Below are positions 9,668 through 18,938 of a stretch of DNA of 64,000 bases, in pieces. Each line of letters begins with the position of its first letter. Within the stretch, counting starts at the first letter, position 1. The stretch is taken from assembly GCA_011364965.1 (NCBI GenBank), contig RDOB01000006.1:64001-128000 (forward strand), read 5' to 3'. Made by a program: the position numbers and the translations under genes. The notes under the pieces are model-generated. The model worked only from the letters and a program-made list of their open reading frames with translations, did no database searches and was not told the origin of the DNA. This DNA is from Candidatus Heimdallarchaeota archaeon (GTDB lineage: Archaea; Asgardarchaeota; Heimdallarchaeia; Hodarchaeales; Hodarchaeaceae).

Positions 9668-11155
9668 GTGTATAATATTACTGGAGGTATTTTTTTGGTT
9701 ACTAAAACAAAGATTGTATGCACAATTGGACCAGCTTCTGAAGATATAATTACTCTCAAGAAGCTCATTCGTGCAGGAATGGATGTATGTCGGTTAAATT
9801 TTAGTCATGGAAATCACCCTGATCACCTTGAACGATATGAACGAATTCGCTCAGTATCTGATGATGTTGCAATACTTGTGGATCTTTGCGGTCCAAAAAT
9901 TCGTACAGGTGAAGTTAAAGAAGGAACTATTCTGAAATCAGGGCAAAATTATCGGATATCAGCTGAAATTGGACTGGAAGGAGATTCAAATGTATGTTCA
10001 ACTAATTACCCTCCTCTTGTGAATGATTGTGAGGTAGGAAATCATTTAGCGATAGATGATGGTCTTTTACAATTACGAGTGACCAAAAAAGATAATCAAA
10101 CGCAAGAATTGATCTGTAAAGTTTTGCATGGAGGACCTTTGAAATCAAGAAAAGGAATAAATGCTCCAGATGTCCCTCTCTCCCTCTATTTTCCTCTGGA
10201 AAAAGATCTAGAAGATATTAAGTTTGTTATAAAGAAAATGGACATTGATTTTCTTGCTGCTTCATTTGTCAGAAGAAAAGAAGATATTTTAACCGTAAAG
10301 AAAATTTTGGAAGAATCCGATTCTTCTATACAGATTATAGCTAAAATTGAGAACCGAGATGGGATCAAAAATTTTAACGAGATTTTAAAAGTTGCTGATG
10401 GAATAATGGTTGCTCGGGGAGATCTAGGTATAGAAATTCCAAGTGAAAAGGTTCCAATTGTTCAAAAAGAGCTCATTAAAGCCTGTAATATCGCGGGAAA
10501 ACCAGTTATCGTTGCCACTCAAATGCTTGATTCAATGACAAATAATCCACGCCCAACACGCGCTGAAGTATCTGATGTTTCCAATGCAATTATTGATGGA
10601 GCTGATGCAGTTATGCTCTCAGGAGAGACTGCAGTGGGAACATATCCTATAGAAACTGTTAACTATATGGAGAGAATTCTGAAAGAAATCAATCTCAATC
10701 AGCATTTAATACAAAGAGTAACTGCTGATTCATTAAGTGAAACTGAATCCTCAATTTCCGAAACTTTAGGAAGAGCAACTAACCTTATTAGCCAAACAAG
10801 AAAATTAAAGATAAAAGCTATTGTCACTAGTACTCGTACAGGATCAACTTCCAGATTAATTGCTAAATGGCGTCCAGAAAAACCAATTATTGCAGGTACT
10901 CCATATAAATCCGTACAGAGGCAATTGCAACTGAGTTGGGGAGTATATCCAATACAAGTTGATGTCGTACCTTCATTTGATGAATTAGTATATAATATTG
11001 TGAAGAAATCATCAGATGAAGGTCTTTTAGCATCTAAAGACGAAATTATAGTTGTTGGAGGTAGTTTATTGGGTTTCCCAGCAAAAACAAACATGATTCA
11101 AATCATGCAAGTTTATGATGTCCTCCTGTACGGCCAGAAGCTCCAGAGAGTATGA
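9668..11155 (+). CDS. pyk: Pyruvate kinase
   Basis: KTKIVCTIGPAS, RLNFSHG, IAKIE, MVARGDLG, PTRAEVSDV, MLSGETA; likely start TTG 9695 after GGAGGT. Confidence 0.97.
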   Translation: MYNITGGIFLVTKTKIVCTIGPASEDIITLKKLIRAGMDVCRLNFSHGNHPDHLERYERIRSVSDDVAILVDLCGPKIRTGEVKEGTILKSGQNYRISAEIGLEGDSNVCSTNYPPLVNDCEVGNHLAIDDGLLQLRVTKKDNQTQELICKVLHGGPLKSRKGINAPDVPLSLYFPLEKDLEDIKFVIKKMDIDFLAASFVRRKEDILTVKKILEESDSSIQIIAKIENRDGIKNFNEILKVADGIMVARGDLGIEIPSEKVPIVQKELIKACNIAGKPVIVATQMLDSMTNNPRPTRAEVSDVSNAIIDGADAVMLSGETAVGTYPIETVNYMERILKEINLNQHLIQRVTADSLSETESSISETLGRATNLISQTRKLKIKAIVTSTRTGSTSRLIAKWRPEKPIIAGTPYKSVQRQLQLSWGVYPIQVDVVPSFDELVYNIVKKSSDEGLLASKDEIIVVGGSLLGFPAKTNMIQIMQVYDVLLYGQKLQRV

Positions 11156-11182
11156 TTACTTGAAATTTGAGGTCTAATTATC

Positions 11183-13432
11183 GTGATAATCGTTACTGTT
11201 GCTGACGGATTTCAAGAGGATTACGGACAATCGATTGGGAGGATCGCTGAAAAGCACTTTCAGGAACTCGGGTTAGATATCGGAGAAATAGTGGAATTAA
11301 TAAGTGGTACACAGCGAATTGGAGTCTTTCTACGTGGATTGGAGGAGGTTGAGAACAGTAAAATACTTCAAAGATCCATATATAGGTCAGATGAAGTTTT
11401 CAAGAGAAGATCAGATGAAAAACCGATTATTCTCTATCTCAATGGCTTTCTAAGAGCCAGTTTAAAAATTGGTATAGGACAAAAGGTGAGGTTGGATAAA
11501 ACAAGCCCTCCAGAAGCCGATACAGTCTTAATTGCTCCACTCAATTCCGAAGATAAAGAGAAAGTGTATATAGAATATTTATTGAATCGTCCAGTTATTC
11601 GTGGACAAATCATCGAACTTCAAAATATTGGATACGATCTAAAAGCTGCAATATTAAAAACAAATCCTCCAGGGATAGTGAGGATCTCTGCTACTTCAGA
11701 TGTCAGGATTACAAATGACCCTCCACCCGAATTAGTAAAAAATAACGAAAATTATGTTTCATATGACGATATTGGGGGATTTAGAGAAATTATCCAAAGA
11801 GTACGAACTCTCGTTGAATTTCCTCTACGCTATCCAGAGGTTTTTGAATTGTTGAATATTGATCCGCCAAGAGGAATTTTAATAACTGGACCATCAGGAA
11901 TTGGCAAAACGTACTTAGCAAAAGCTATTTCGTGTGAGTCTGGTGTGACACGTTTTTTTGTTATGGCACCAGAAATTATCAAAGGTTGGTGGACTGCAGA
12001 ACAAGAGATGGATAAATACTTTCAGCATGTCTTAAAATTTGAACCTTCGATCTTAGTAATTGATCAAATTGAGACTCTAGCTCCTACTCCGACTCCCAAT
12101 CTCTCTGATCTTGAAATTAGAATGACGGAAAGATTTATTAGAAATTTAGATGCTTTAAAAGGCAGAAAAGTTGTGGTTATAAGCACTACTAGCAATCCTA
12201 ATGACATCCATCCAGCTTTGCGAGCTTATGGCCGATTCGAGATTGAGATTCCTCTGAAGATCCCAGATTTTAAGGATAGAAGTGAGATTTTAGCGATTCA
12301 AACGAGGGGCCTTCCTTTATCAGCTTCTATTGAGATTCCAACACTTGCTCAAGCGACAAGTGGATTTACTCCTGCAGATTTGGAACTTCTCGTGAAAGAA
12401 GCTGGAATGCATGCTCTGGAAAGAACGAATCTTTTAGATCTTGATACTAAAGTATCATCTACTGCTCAATTAATCAAATCAGAGGTTATAATGGTTGAGC
12501 TAGTCATGGAAGATTTTACTAAAGCATTAGCGACAGTTAAACCTTCAGCTGGTAGAGAAATAATAAATGAAATTCCAAAAGTGAAATGGAGTGACATTGG
12601 AGGATTAAATGATGTAAAACAATCATTGAAAGAAATGATTGAGTGGCCAATAAATCACACACATGTGTTTGAAGAGATGGGAATTCGAATTCCACGAGGT
12701 GTGCTCTTATATGGGCCACCAGGAACTGGAAAAACTCTTATAGCAAAAGCTATGGCAAATGAAATTTCTGCAAATTTTATTGTTGTTAAGGGTCCAGAAT
12801 TATTGTCCAAATGGTTTAGTGAAAGTGCTCGAATGGTACGCGAGCTTTTTAGTCGTGCGCGTGCGTTAGCGCCATGTATCGTGTTTTTTGATGAAATTGA
12901 CGCGATTGCGACTAAGCGTGGAGGAGGATTTTCAAGTTCCACCTCCCGAGAACGAGATAGAGTAATTAATCAACTATTAGCTTCTTTAGATGGAATAGAT
13001 AAGATGAAGGGAGTTTTTGTTGTATGTGCTACAAATAGGCCTAATATGCTAGATCCAGCTTTAATCAGACCTGGAAGATTAGATCGGTTGATATACGTAC
13101 CTGTACCTAATTTTGAAGGGAGAATCCAAATATTAGAAGTTCATACTCGTAATATGCCCCACGATCTGGCAAAAAAAGTCTCTTTGCATGACCTAGCGTC
13201 GAAAACGGATGGTTTTACTGGAGCAGATTTAGAAAATCTGTGTCGAGAGGCTGCTTACTCGTGTTTGAGACGAAATTCTTCACTAATTTCATCAGATGAC
13301 TTCGAAAATTCGTTGAAGATTTGCTCACCTTCCGTGAGTAAAGATCTTGCTAGATTTTATCAAATTCAAGAAGGAATTATGAAAAAGAAAAAATTGATTG
13401 AATATACTAAATACTATCAGGAGTATGCATGA
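11183..13432 (+). CDS. CDC48/VCP-like type II AAA+ ATPase, paralog A (D1 Walker B DQ)
   Basis: N-domain plus two AAA modules; D1 GPSGIGKT/LVIDQIE; D2 GPPGTGKT/FFDEID/RPGRLD; C-terminus EYA. Confidence 0.92.
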   Translation: MIIVTVADGFQEDYGQSIGRIAEKHFQELGLDIGEIVELISGTQRIGVFLRGLEEVENSKILQRSIYRSDEVFKRRSDEKPIILYLNGFLRASLKIGIGQKVRLDKTSPPEADTVLIAPLNSEDKEKVYIEYLLNRPVIRGQIIELQNIGYDLKAAILKTNPPGIVRISATSDVRITNDPPPELVKNNENYVSYDDIGGFREIIQRVRTLVEFPLRYPEVFELLNIDPPRGILITGPSGIGKTYLAKAISCESGVTRFFVMAPEIIKGWWTAEQEMDKYFQHVLKFEPSILVIDQIETLAPTPTPNLSDLEIRMTERFIRNLDALKGRKVVVISTTSNPNDIHPALRAYGRFEIEIPLKIPDFKDRSEILAIQTRGLPLSASIEIPTLAQATSGFTPADLELLVKEAGMHALERTNLLDLDTKVSSTAQLIKSEVIMVELVMEDFTKALATVKPSAGREIINEIPKVKWSDIGGLNDVKQSLKEMIEWPINHTHVFEEMGIRIPRGVLLYGPPGTGKTLIAKAMANEISANFIVVKGPELLSKWFSESARMVRELFSRARALAPCIVFFDEIDAIATKRGGGFSSSTSRERDRVINQLLASLDGIDKMKGVFVVCATNRPNMLDPALIRPGRLDRLIYVPVPNFEGRIQILEVHTRNMPHDLAKKVSLHDLASKTDGFTGADLENLCREAAYSCLRRNSSLISSDDFENSLKICSPSVSKDLARFYQIQEGIMKKKKLIEYTKYYQEYA

Positions 13433-13435
13433 CGA

Positions 13436-15808
13436 ATGGTGTTTTGTGAATTAATTGAACCCTTAGGCGCAGATTTTGGAGAACGAATAATACGACTTCC
13501 ACAAAATATCATCTCTAAACTTGACATAGAGGAAGGAGATATACTAGAAGTAATCTCGAGTGATGGAAAGCGCTTAGGTGTGTTTGCGTATCTAGATCAT
13601 CATTCTGCTGTACTTGATGAGATAAGGGGTATTGAAAAAAGATCCATTCCAGATTCACCGATAATTCCCCAAATTGCATCTCCTGATGATGGTTTACCAA
13701 AGCCAGAGGGAAAGCCATTTGTAGGAATTGAGGGTATTGAACGGGAAGGATTAGCTAAATGTCGTCTTGATGGTGAGGTTCGGTTGTCTCTAGGAGTGAA
13801 AATTGGTGATATAATTGAAGTAGATACCGTTCTGAAACCCGCTTATGCTAAAAAAATTTATTATTGCATTTTGGGTGTAAATCCATCTAGTTTGTCAGAT
13901 GAGGAAAAAGGGCTTATTTCCGATCAATTACGATATCAGATCTCTAAACCTCTCTCTGCGGGCATAATCATAAATATTAATTTCGCTTTTAAGCAGGAGC
14001 AGGTGTTAATCCAATCGTGTGATCCTGATACAATTGTTATTCCTTCCATAAAGACATCTTTCGAATTATTAAATACATTTGTTCCACAGAATAAAGAAGA
14101 GGCTCTCAAAGTCACTTATGAAGATGTGGGTGGTTATAAGGAGGCAATTCACCGATTAAGACACTTAGTTGAGATTCCTATCCTTAAACCCGAGGTTTTT
14201 AAAAAAATAAATCTTGTTCCACCAAGAGGAATTTTAATTGAAGGTTCTACAGGAGTTGGCAAGACTCTTATTCTTAGAGCTCTTGCGAATGAGACTGGTT
14301 GTCGTGTTATTGAAGTTCCTAGCAATTTATTTGCAGGAGTGGGACCTACTGAAAAGAATATTCGCGATCTGTTTGAGAAAGTAAGATCTGAAGCGAGGAA
14401 AAAACCTGTTTTGTTAATCTTAGACAATATGGAGTCATTGACTCCCGCTCCTAATGTTAATCTTCCATTATATATAAAGAGGTTTACCACGCAATTCGCG
14501 TTAGGATTTGATTCTTTACGGGGTACTAATACCATCATCATCGGCGCTTGTCACTCGACAGAAGATATTGACCCTATTTTAAGGAGGCCTGGCCGTTTTG
14601 ACGTTGAGATCGAGATTCCTATTCCATCTGAACTTGAACGACTCGAAATACTCAATATTCATCTTCGTCGAGTCCCTAAATCTAATGAGATTACTAGGGA
14701 GATATTACGTACTTTTGCTCATCGAATGGTTGGTTATGTAGGTGCAGATATCTCTCAATTTGTTAAAGAAGCGTGTATGCGCGCAGTTGGTAGAAATGTT
14801 TCTTTATTCAGTAATTTACCCTCTCAAATTCCAAGATCCATTTTACGTACAATTCAGGTAACCGTTGATGATTTAGAAGAGGCTTATAAGATTACAGAAC
14901 CCTCAGCTTATAGATCGATTCATTCTAAATTAGAAGTCCCAAATGTGACTTTCGATGATATTGGGGGATTAAAAGAAGTCAAACAGTTATTAAAAGAACA
15001 AATAAAATGGCGTTTTGAGGATCCTGATACATTAAAACAGATGGGGGTAAAACCATCAAGTGGACTCCTCCTGTATGGCCCTCCAGGAACCGGGAAAACA
15101 CTACTTGCAAAAGCGTTAGCGACAGAAATGCATGCAAGATTTATTTCAATAAAAGGCCCTGAGTTACTTAGTGTTTGGTTTGGGGAATCAGCAAGGATAA
15201 TTAGACAATTGTTTAAAAGGGCCCAAAAATTAGCTCCATGCATATTATTTTTCGATGAGATTGATGCAATGGTTCCCCGTAGGGGTAGTGATGCCGACAG
15301 TGATGGAGGACAGGAAATAGATGCAACTGTTAATCAATTATTGACTTTATTAGACGGAATGGACAGCTCAAATGATGAAATCTTTATAATTGGAGCAACT
15401 AACCGACCAAATGCTCTAGATACTGCTTTATTACGTCCAGGAAGACTTGATCGCTTGGTTTTAACTCCTCCTCCAGATTTAGAAGGTCGTAAAGAAATAA
15501 TTCGAGTACATACGAAAAAAGTACCTCTTGTTGGAGATCGTGAAGAGATGATCATAGATCTGGCTAAATTGACCGAGGATTTTTCAGGAGCTGACATTGA
15601 GAACTTAGTACGTGAAGCGGTTCTAGCTAGTTTAAGGGAGAACTTTAATCAAAGAGAGGTTTCCTATTCACATTTTCAAACCGCTCTTGCTTTAGTAAGT
15701 CCAAGTATAGATCAAGGAATTATTAAACATTATGAACAATTTGTGAGTGAAGTCTTGGGGAGCCCGAGGAATGTAATATCCTCCCAAAAACCATTTACTT
15801 ATGGTTAG
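13436..15808 (+). CDS. CDC48/VCP-like type II AAA+ ATPase, paralog B (D1 Walker B DN)
   Basis: D1 GSTGVGKT/LILDNME; D2 GPPGTGKT/FFDEID/RPGRLD; C-terminus TYG. Confidence 0.92.
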   Translation: MVFCELIEPLGADFGERIIRLPQNIISKLDIEEGDILEVISSDGKRLGVFAYLDHHSAVLDEIRGIEKRSIPDSPIIPQIASPDDGLPKPEGKPFVGIEGIEREGLAKCRLDGEVRLSLGVKIGDIIEVDTVLKPAYAKKIYYCILGVNPSSLSDEEKGLISDQLRYQISKPLSAGIIININFAFKQEQVLIQSCDPDTIVIPSIKTSFELLNTFVPQNKEEALKVTYEDVGGYKEAIHRLRHLVEIPILKPEVFKKINLVPPRGILIEGSTGVGKTLILRALANETGCRVIEVPSNLFAGVGPTEKNIRDLFEKVRSEARKKPVLLILDNMESLTPAPNVNLPLYIKRFTTQFALGFDSLRGTNTIIIGACHSTEDIDPILRRPGRFDVEIEIPIPSELERLEILNIHLRRVPKSNEITREILRTFAHRMVGYVGADISQFVKEACMRAVGRNVSLFSNLPSQIPRSILRTIQVTVDDLEEAYKITEPSAYRSIHSKLEVPNVTFDDIGGLKEVKQLLKEQIKWRFEDPDTLKQMGVKPSSGLLLYGPPGTGKTLLAKALATEMHARFISIKGPELLSVWFGESARIIRQLFKRAQKLAPCILFFDEIDAMVPRRGSDADSDGGQEIDATVNQLLTLLDGMDSSNDEIFIIGATNRPNALDTALLRPGRLDRLVLTPPPDLEGRKEIIRVHTKKVPLVGDREEMIIDLAKLTEDFSGADIENLVREAVLASLRENFNQREVSYSHFQTALALVSPSIDQGIIKHYEQFVSEVLGSPRNVISSQKPFTYG

Positions 15809-15896
15809 ATATTTCCATCTAAGATAAGAATAAAGGAGGTTTATCTCCTAATATCCTAATTTTATGAAAACCTATCACGAATTGGCGATTAATCTA

Positions 15897-18800
15897 TCAT
15901 TTTTCGTATGGTATACCATCATTTGCTGGAGGACGCATTCGTTTAGCTACAGTAGAGACTGCTATAATAGTTAGTAAGTATGGAAATACTTTAAATAACT
16001 TTTCAAAGCGCCAGATATATCCAAAAATCTGTATTGCCCATTTAATCCCTAAAGCTTCAATTTGAAAACGAAAAGCAATTGCAAAACCAAAAAGGAGACT
16101 TGCTAGACTAGCTCCGATAGGACTCCAGCCGCCAAATATTAATGCTGCTAAAGCTACAAAACCTCGTCCAGTAGTCATATCACGACCAAAGAGGGGAGCC
16201 CAACCCAAGGTTAATTGTGCACCTCCAAGAGCTGCAAGCATCCCAGATAAAATTACACAGACATATCTTGTTTGAAATACATTTATTCCAAGTGTATCTG
16301 CTGCTTTCGGATGTTCACCTACTGATCTTACACGCAATCCAAATGAAGTGTGTTCAATTACCCAGTAAGATATAAACATCAAGAAAATAAAAATATAAAC
16401 AAGGGGAGAAAGTCCAGCTGTTCCTCCTGACAAATTGAACAAGATTTCACCTACGATCGGAATATCTCTTAGGAAAGGAAATTTGATATTGGTTAATCCC
16501 TTCACAATTGGAGATGTACCTTTACTTTCTGGACCATATACTAATAACAATCCAAGTAAAGTTATTGCTGAAGCTAAAATATTAATAGCCACTCCGACCA
16601 CTACTTGATCCGCACGAAATTTAATTGAAGCCACAGCGTGCAATAATCCCATCAATGCACCTGCTATAAGTGCACCGAGGACTCCTTGCCACGGATCGCC
16701 TGTAGCGAAGGAAAACCAAACAGCAACAAATGCACCTGAAAGCATCATACCTTCCAAACCAATATTAACAACTCCTGATTTTTCAGAATACATTCCACCA
16801 AGAGCAGCAAATCCGATTGGAGCAGCTATTGATAAGGTTTGCGTGAAAAGTAAGAAAGGATTCATATCAAAAATCCAGGATAAGGAAACAAACGAAAATA
16901 CAAGAGCACTGACAACAAAGAAGAGCGGTAAAGACTGAATTAGAAATCGAACATCCTCTTTTGGAATTTTAATGCGTTTTAAGTAATAATAGGTAAAAGG
17001 TACAGATACTATTCCTATAAATCCAATCAAGGAGCCAAGATCATTAAGAGTAAAGAAAAATAATGGAATAGAAAAAGGCAACCTTATTGCTTCAGTAATA
17101 ACTACTGTAAATGTGAGTATGACATAAAAAGCAACCATAATCCCAAATATTTTACTAACCGTTTTTTCATCAAAAGGATGAGCTTCTTCAGTGATAATTG
17201 CTGTTTCTTTGGAGGGGGTTCGAACACGGAATTCTTGGAATAATATATAAGCAATTATCGCAACAAAAACAATCAAAAGTATAAGATCTTGTCCAAATAC
17301 ATTAATTAGGCTGAAAAACATTAGAATAAAGAAAATTGAGCTGAAGACCAATAATAACCTCTGCAAACCTTTGGAAAATCCCTGCTTTCGCATAAATAAA
17401 GCAGTGAGAACAAAACAAGCGGTGAATGCAATATTAATAATAGCTACATATATGTGGGTTGCTTGAGTGTATAGATCAATGCTCAAGTTCGATAAAGCAG
17501 TAGAAATAACTCCAATTAATGGTATTCCTACCAATAATCCTGCTAAACCTTGGTTACCAAATTTTACTGTTCCAGTGATATCCAAATAAAGTATGAAAGC
17601 TACTATAAACATGAAAATTGCTGTTAGTATATATTTTCTAATAATTATATAATGATATATTGCATTTAATACTGGTATAATGTTTGCTTTCAAAGAAAGA
17701 AACAGATGATATAGTGCAATCCAAATGAAAACTAATAAAATGATATGGATAAATTTATTCCATCTTGTGGGTTTCGATGCAATTCTATACTTATATGAAT
17801 CGACAGCTCTGTTATACCAGCCAGTTTTTCCAATATATGACATAATCATTTTTGAAAACAGTGGTACTGCAACGATTAAAACGATAAATCCCTTAAGTGT
17901 GTTCGCAACATCTTTAGGAATCCCATTTTGCTGTAATTTCGTACCACTGGCTTGAAGCCATCCAAACAATATTGCCCCTAAGATAACTCCGATAGGATGG
18001 TTCTCACCAATTAGAGCAATAGCTATTCCGTCAAAGCCCATTCCACTAGTAGAACCATATAAGAAAAATCCATATAAGGGCCCCATCACAACCAAAGCTC
18101 CTGCTAGCCCGCCTACTCCTCCTGAAATTAACATCACATATATTAGATTACGATTTACATTAATACCCCCATATTTTGCAGCAGAAGGACTGTATCCTAC
18201 AGCTCTGGTTTCATATCCGAGTTTAGTCCTCCATAACACAATGTAGATAATAATACAAACTACGATATTTAATAAAAATCCCCAATGTAAAGGAGAAACC
18301 TCTCTTCCAAAAATTGTTGGGATTCTAGTATTTGCAGGAATTGGGGGAGTTTGAGGTGAAGCATTCCCAGCAAGATTCTGATCGGTAAAAGGCCCACCTG
18401 CACCTATCAAGAATACCATCAGACTATTGGCAACATAGTTCATCATAATTGTGGTAATGACTTCATGGACACCCCTAGCCTTCAGCACAGCTGGAACTAA
18501 AGCCCATAATGATCCTCCTAACATTCCCGCCAAAATCATTGCTGGTACAAGTACTAATGGGGGTATATTGAGGCCAGCGAGTCTTATTGAAGAACCTAAC
18601 AAAGCTGTAGTAAACCCTCCTATTACTACCTGTCCCTCCGTTCCGATGTTAAACATCCCTGCCCGAAAAGCAATTGCTACTGATAAACCAGTTAATATGA
18701 GAGGTGTGGCATAAAAGAACACATTAGCAAGTGCTGTGATATCAATATTTCCAGTTTGATCGAAGAAAATGTCGATAAGCATACTTTTCAGGACTAGAAT

Positions 18801-18938
18801 TGGATCGAAATTCGTAATGATGAGTATAATGATAATGATAAAAAAGGAAATTAAAATTGAGAAGAGAGGGATTGATAACTTCCTTAAAGCCATTTCAAGT
18901 TTTGATTGGGTAATTGTTGATTCTACTTCAGTTGCCAT
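15897..18938 (-). CDS. Fused nucleoside/sugar ABC permease (NupB-like + multi-TM insert + NupC-like)
   Basis: Two BPD_transp_2 signatures: FRAGMFNIGTEGQ...HEVITTIMMN and EKSGVVNIGLEG...VGEHPKAADTLGI. Confidence 0.88.
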   Translation of the reverse strand: MATEVESTITQSKLEMALRKLSIPLFSILISFFIIIIILIITNFDPILVLKSMLIDIFFDQTGNIDITALANVFFYATPLILTGLSVAIAFRAGMFNIGTEGQVVIGGFTTALLGSSIRLAGLNIPPLVLVPAMILAGMLGGSLWALVPAVLKARGVHEVITTIMMNYVANSLMVFLIGAGGPFTDQNLAGNASPQTPPIPANTRIPTIFGREVSPLHWGFLLNIVVCIIIYIVLWRTKLGYETRAVGYSPSAAKYGGINVNRNLIYVMLISGGVGGLAGALVVMGPLYGFFLYGSTSGMGFDGIAIALIGENHPIGVILGAILFGWLQASGTKLQQNGIPKDVANTLKGFIVLIVAVPLFSKMIMSYIGKTGWYNRAVDSYKYRIASKPTRWNKFIHIILLVFIWIALYHLFLSLKANIIPVLNAIYHYIIIRKYILTAIFMFIVAFILYLDITGTVKFGNQGLAGLLVGIPLIGVISTALSNLSIDLYTQATHIYVAIINIAFTACFVLTALFMRKQGFSKGLQRLLLVFSSIFFILMFFSLINVFGQDLILLIVFVAIIAYILFQEFRVRTPSKETAIITEEAHPFDEKTVSKIFGIMVAFYVILTFTVVITEAIRLPFSIPLFFFTLNDLGSLIGFIGIVSVPFTYYYLKRIKIPKEDVRFLIQSLPLFFVVSALVFSFVSLSWIFDMNPFLLFTQTLSIAAPIGFAALGGMYSEKSGVVNIGLEGMMLSGAFVAVWFSFATGDPWQGVLGALIAGALMGLLHAVASIKFRADQVVVGVAINILASAITLLGLLLVYGPESKGTSPIVKGLTNIKFPFLRDIPIVGEILFNLSGGTAGLSPLVYIFIFLMFISYWVIEHTSFGLRVRSVGEHPKAADTLGINVFQTRYVCVILSGMLAALGGAQLTLGWAPLFGRDMTTGRGFVALAALIFGGWSPIGASLASLLFGFAIAFRFQIEALGIKWAIQIFGYIWRFEKLFKVFPYLLTIIAVSTVAKRMRPPANDGIPYEK

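Noticed and set aside
10186-15597. Several minus-strand ORFs within pyk and the AAA+ genes
   Set aside because: Antisense shadows of well-supported genes. The same applies to most 60-150 aa overlapping ORFs in the track (e.g. 31394..31852, 39690..39989, 53226..53519).
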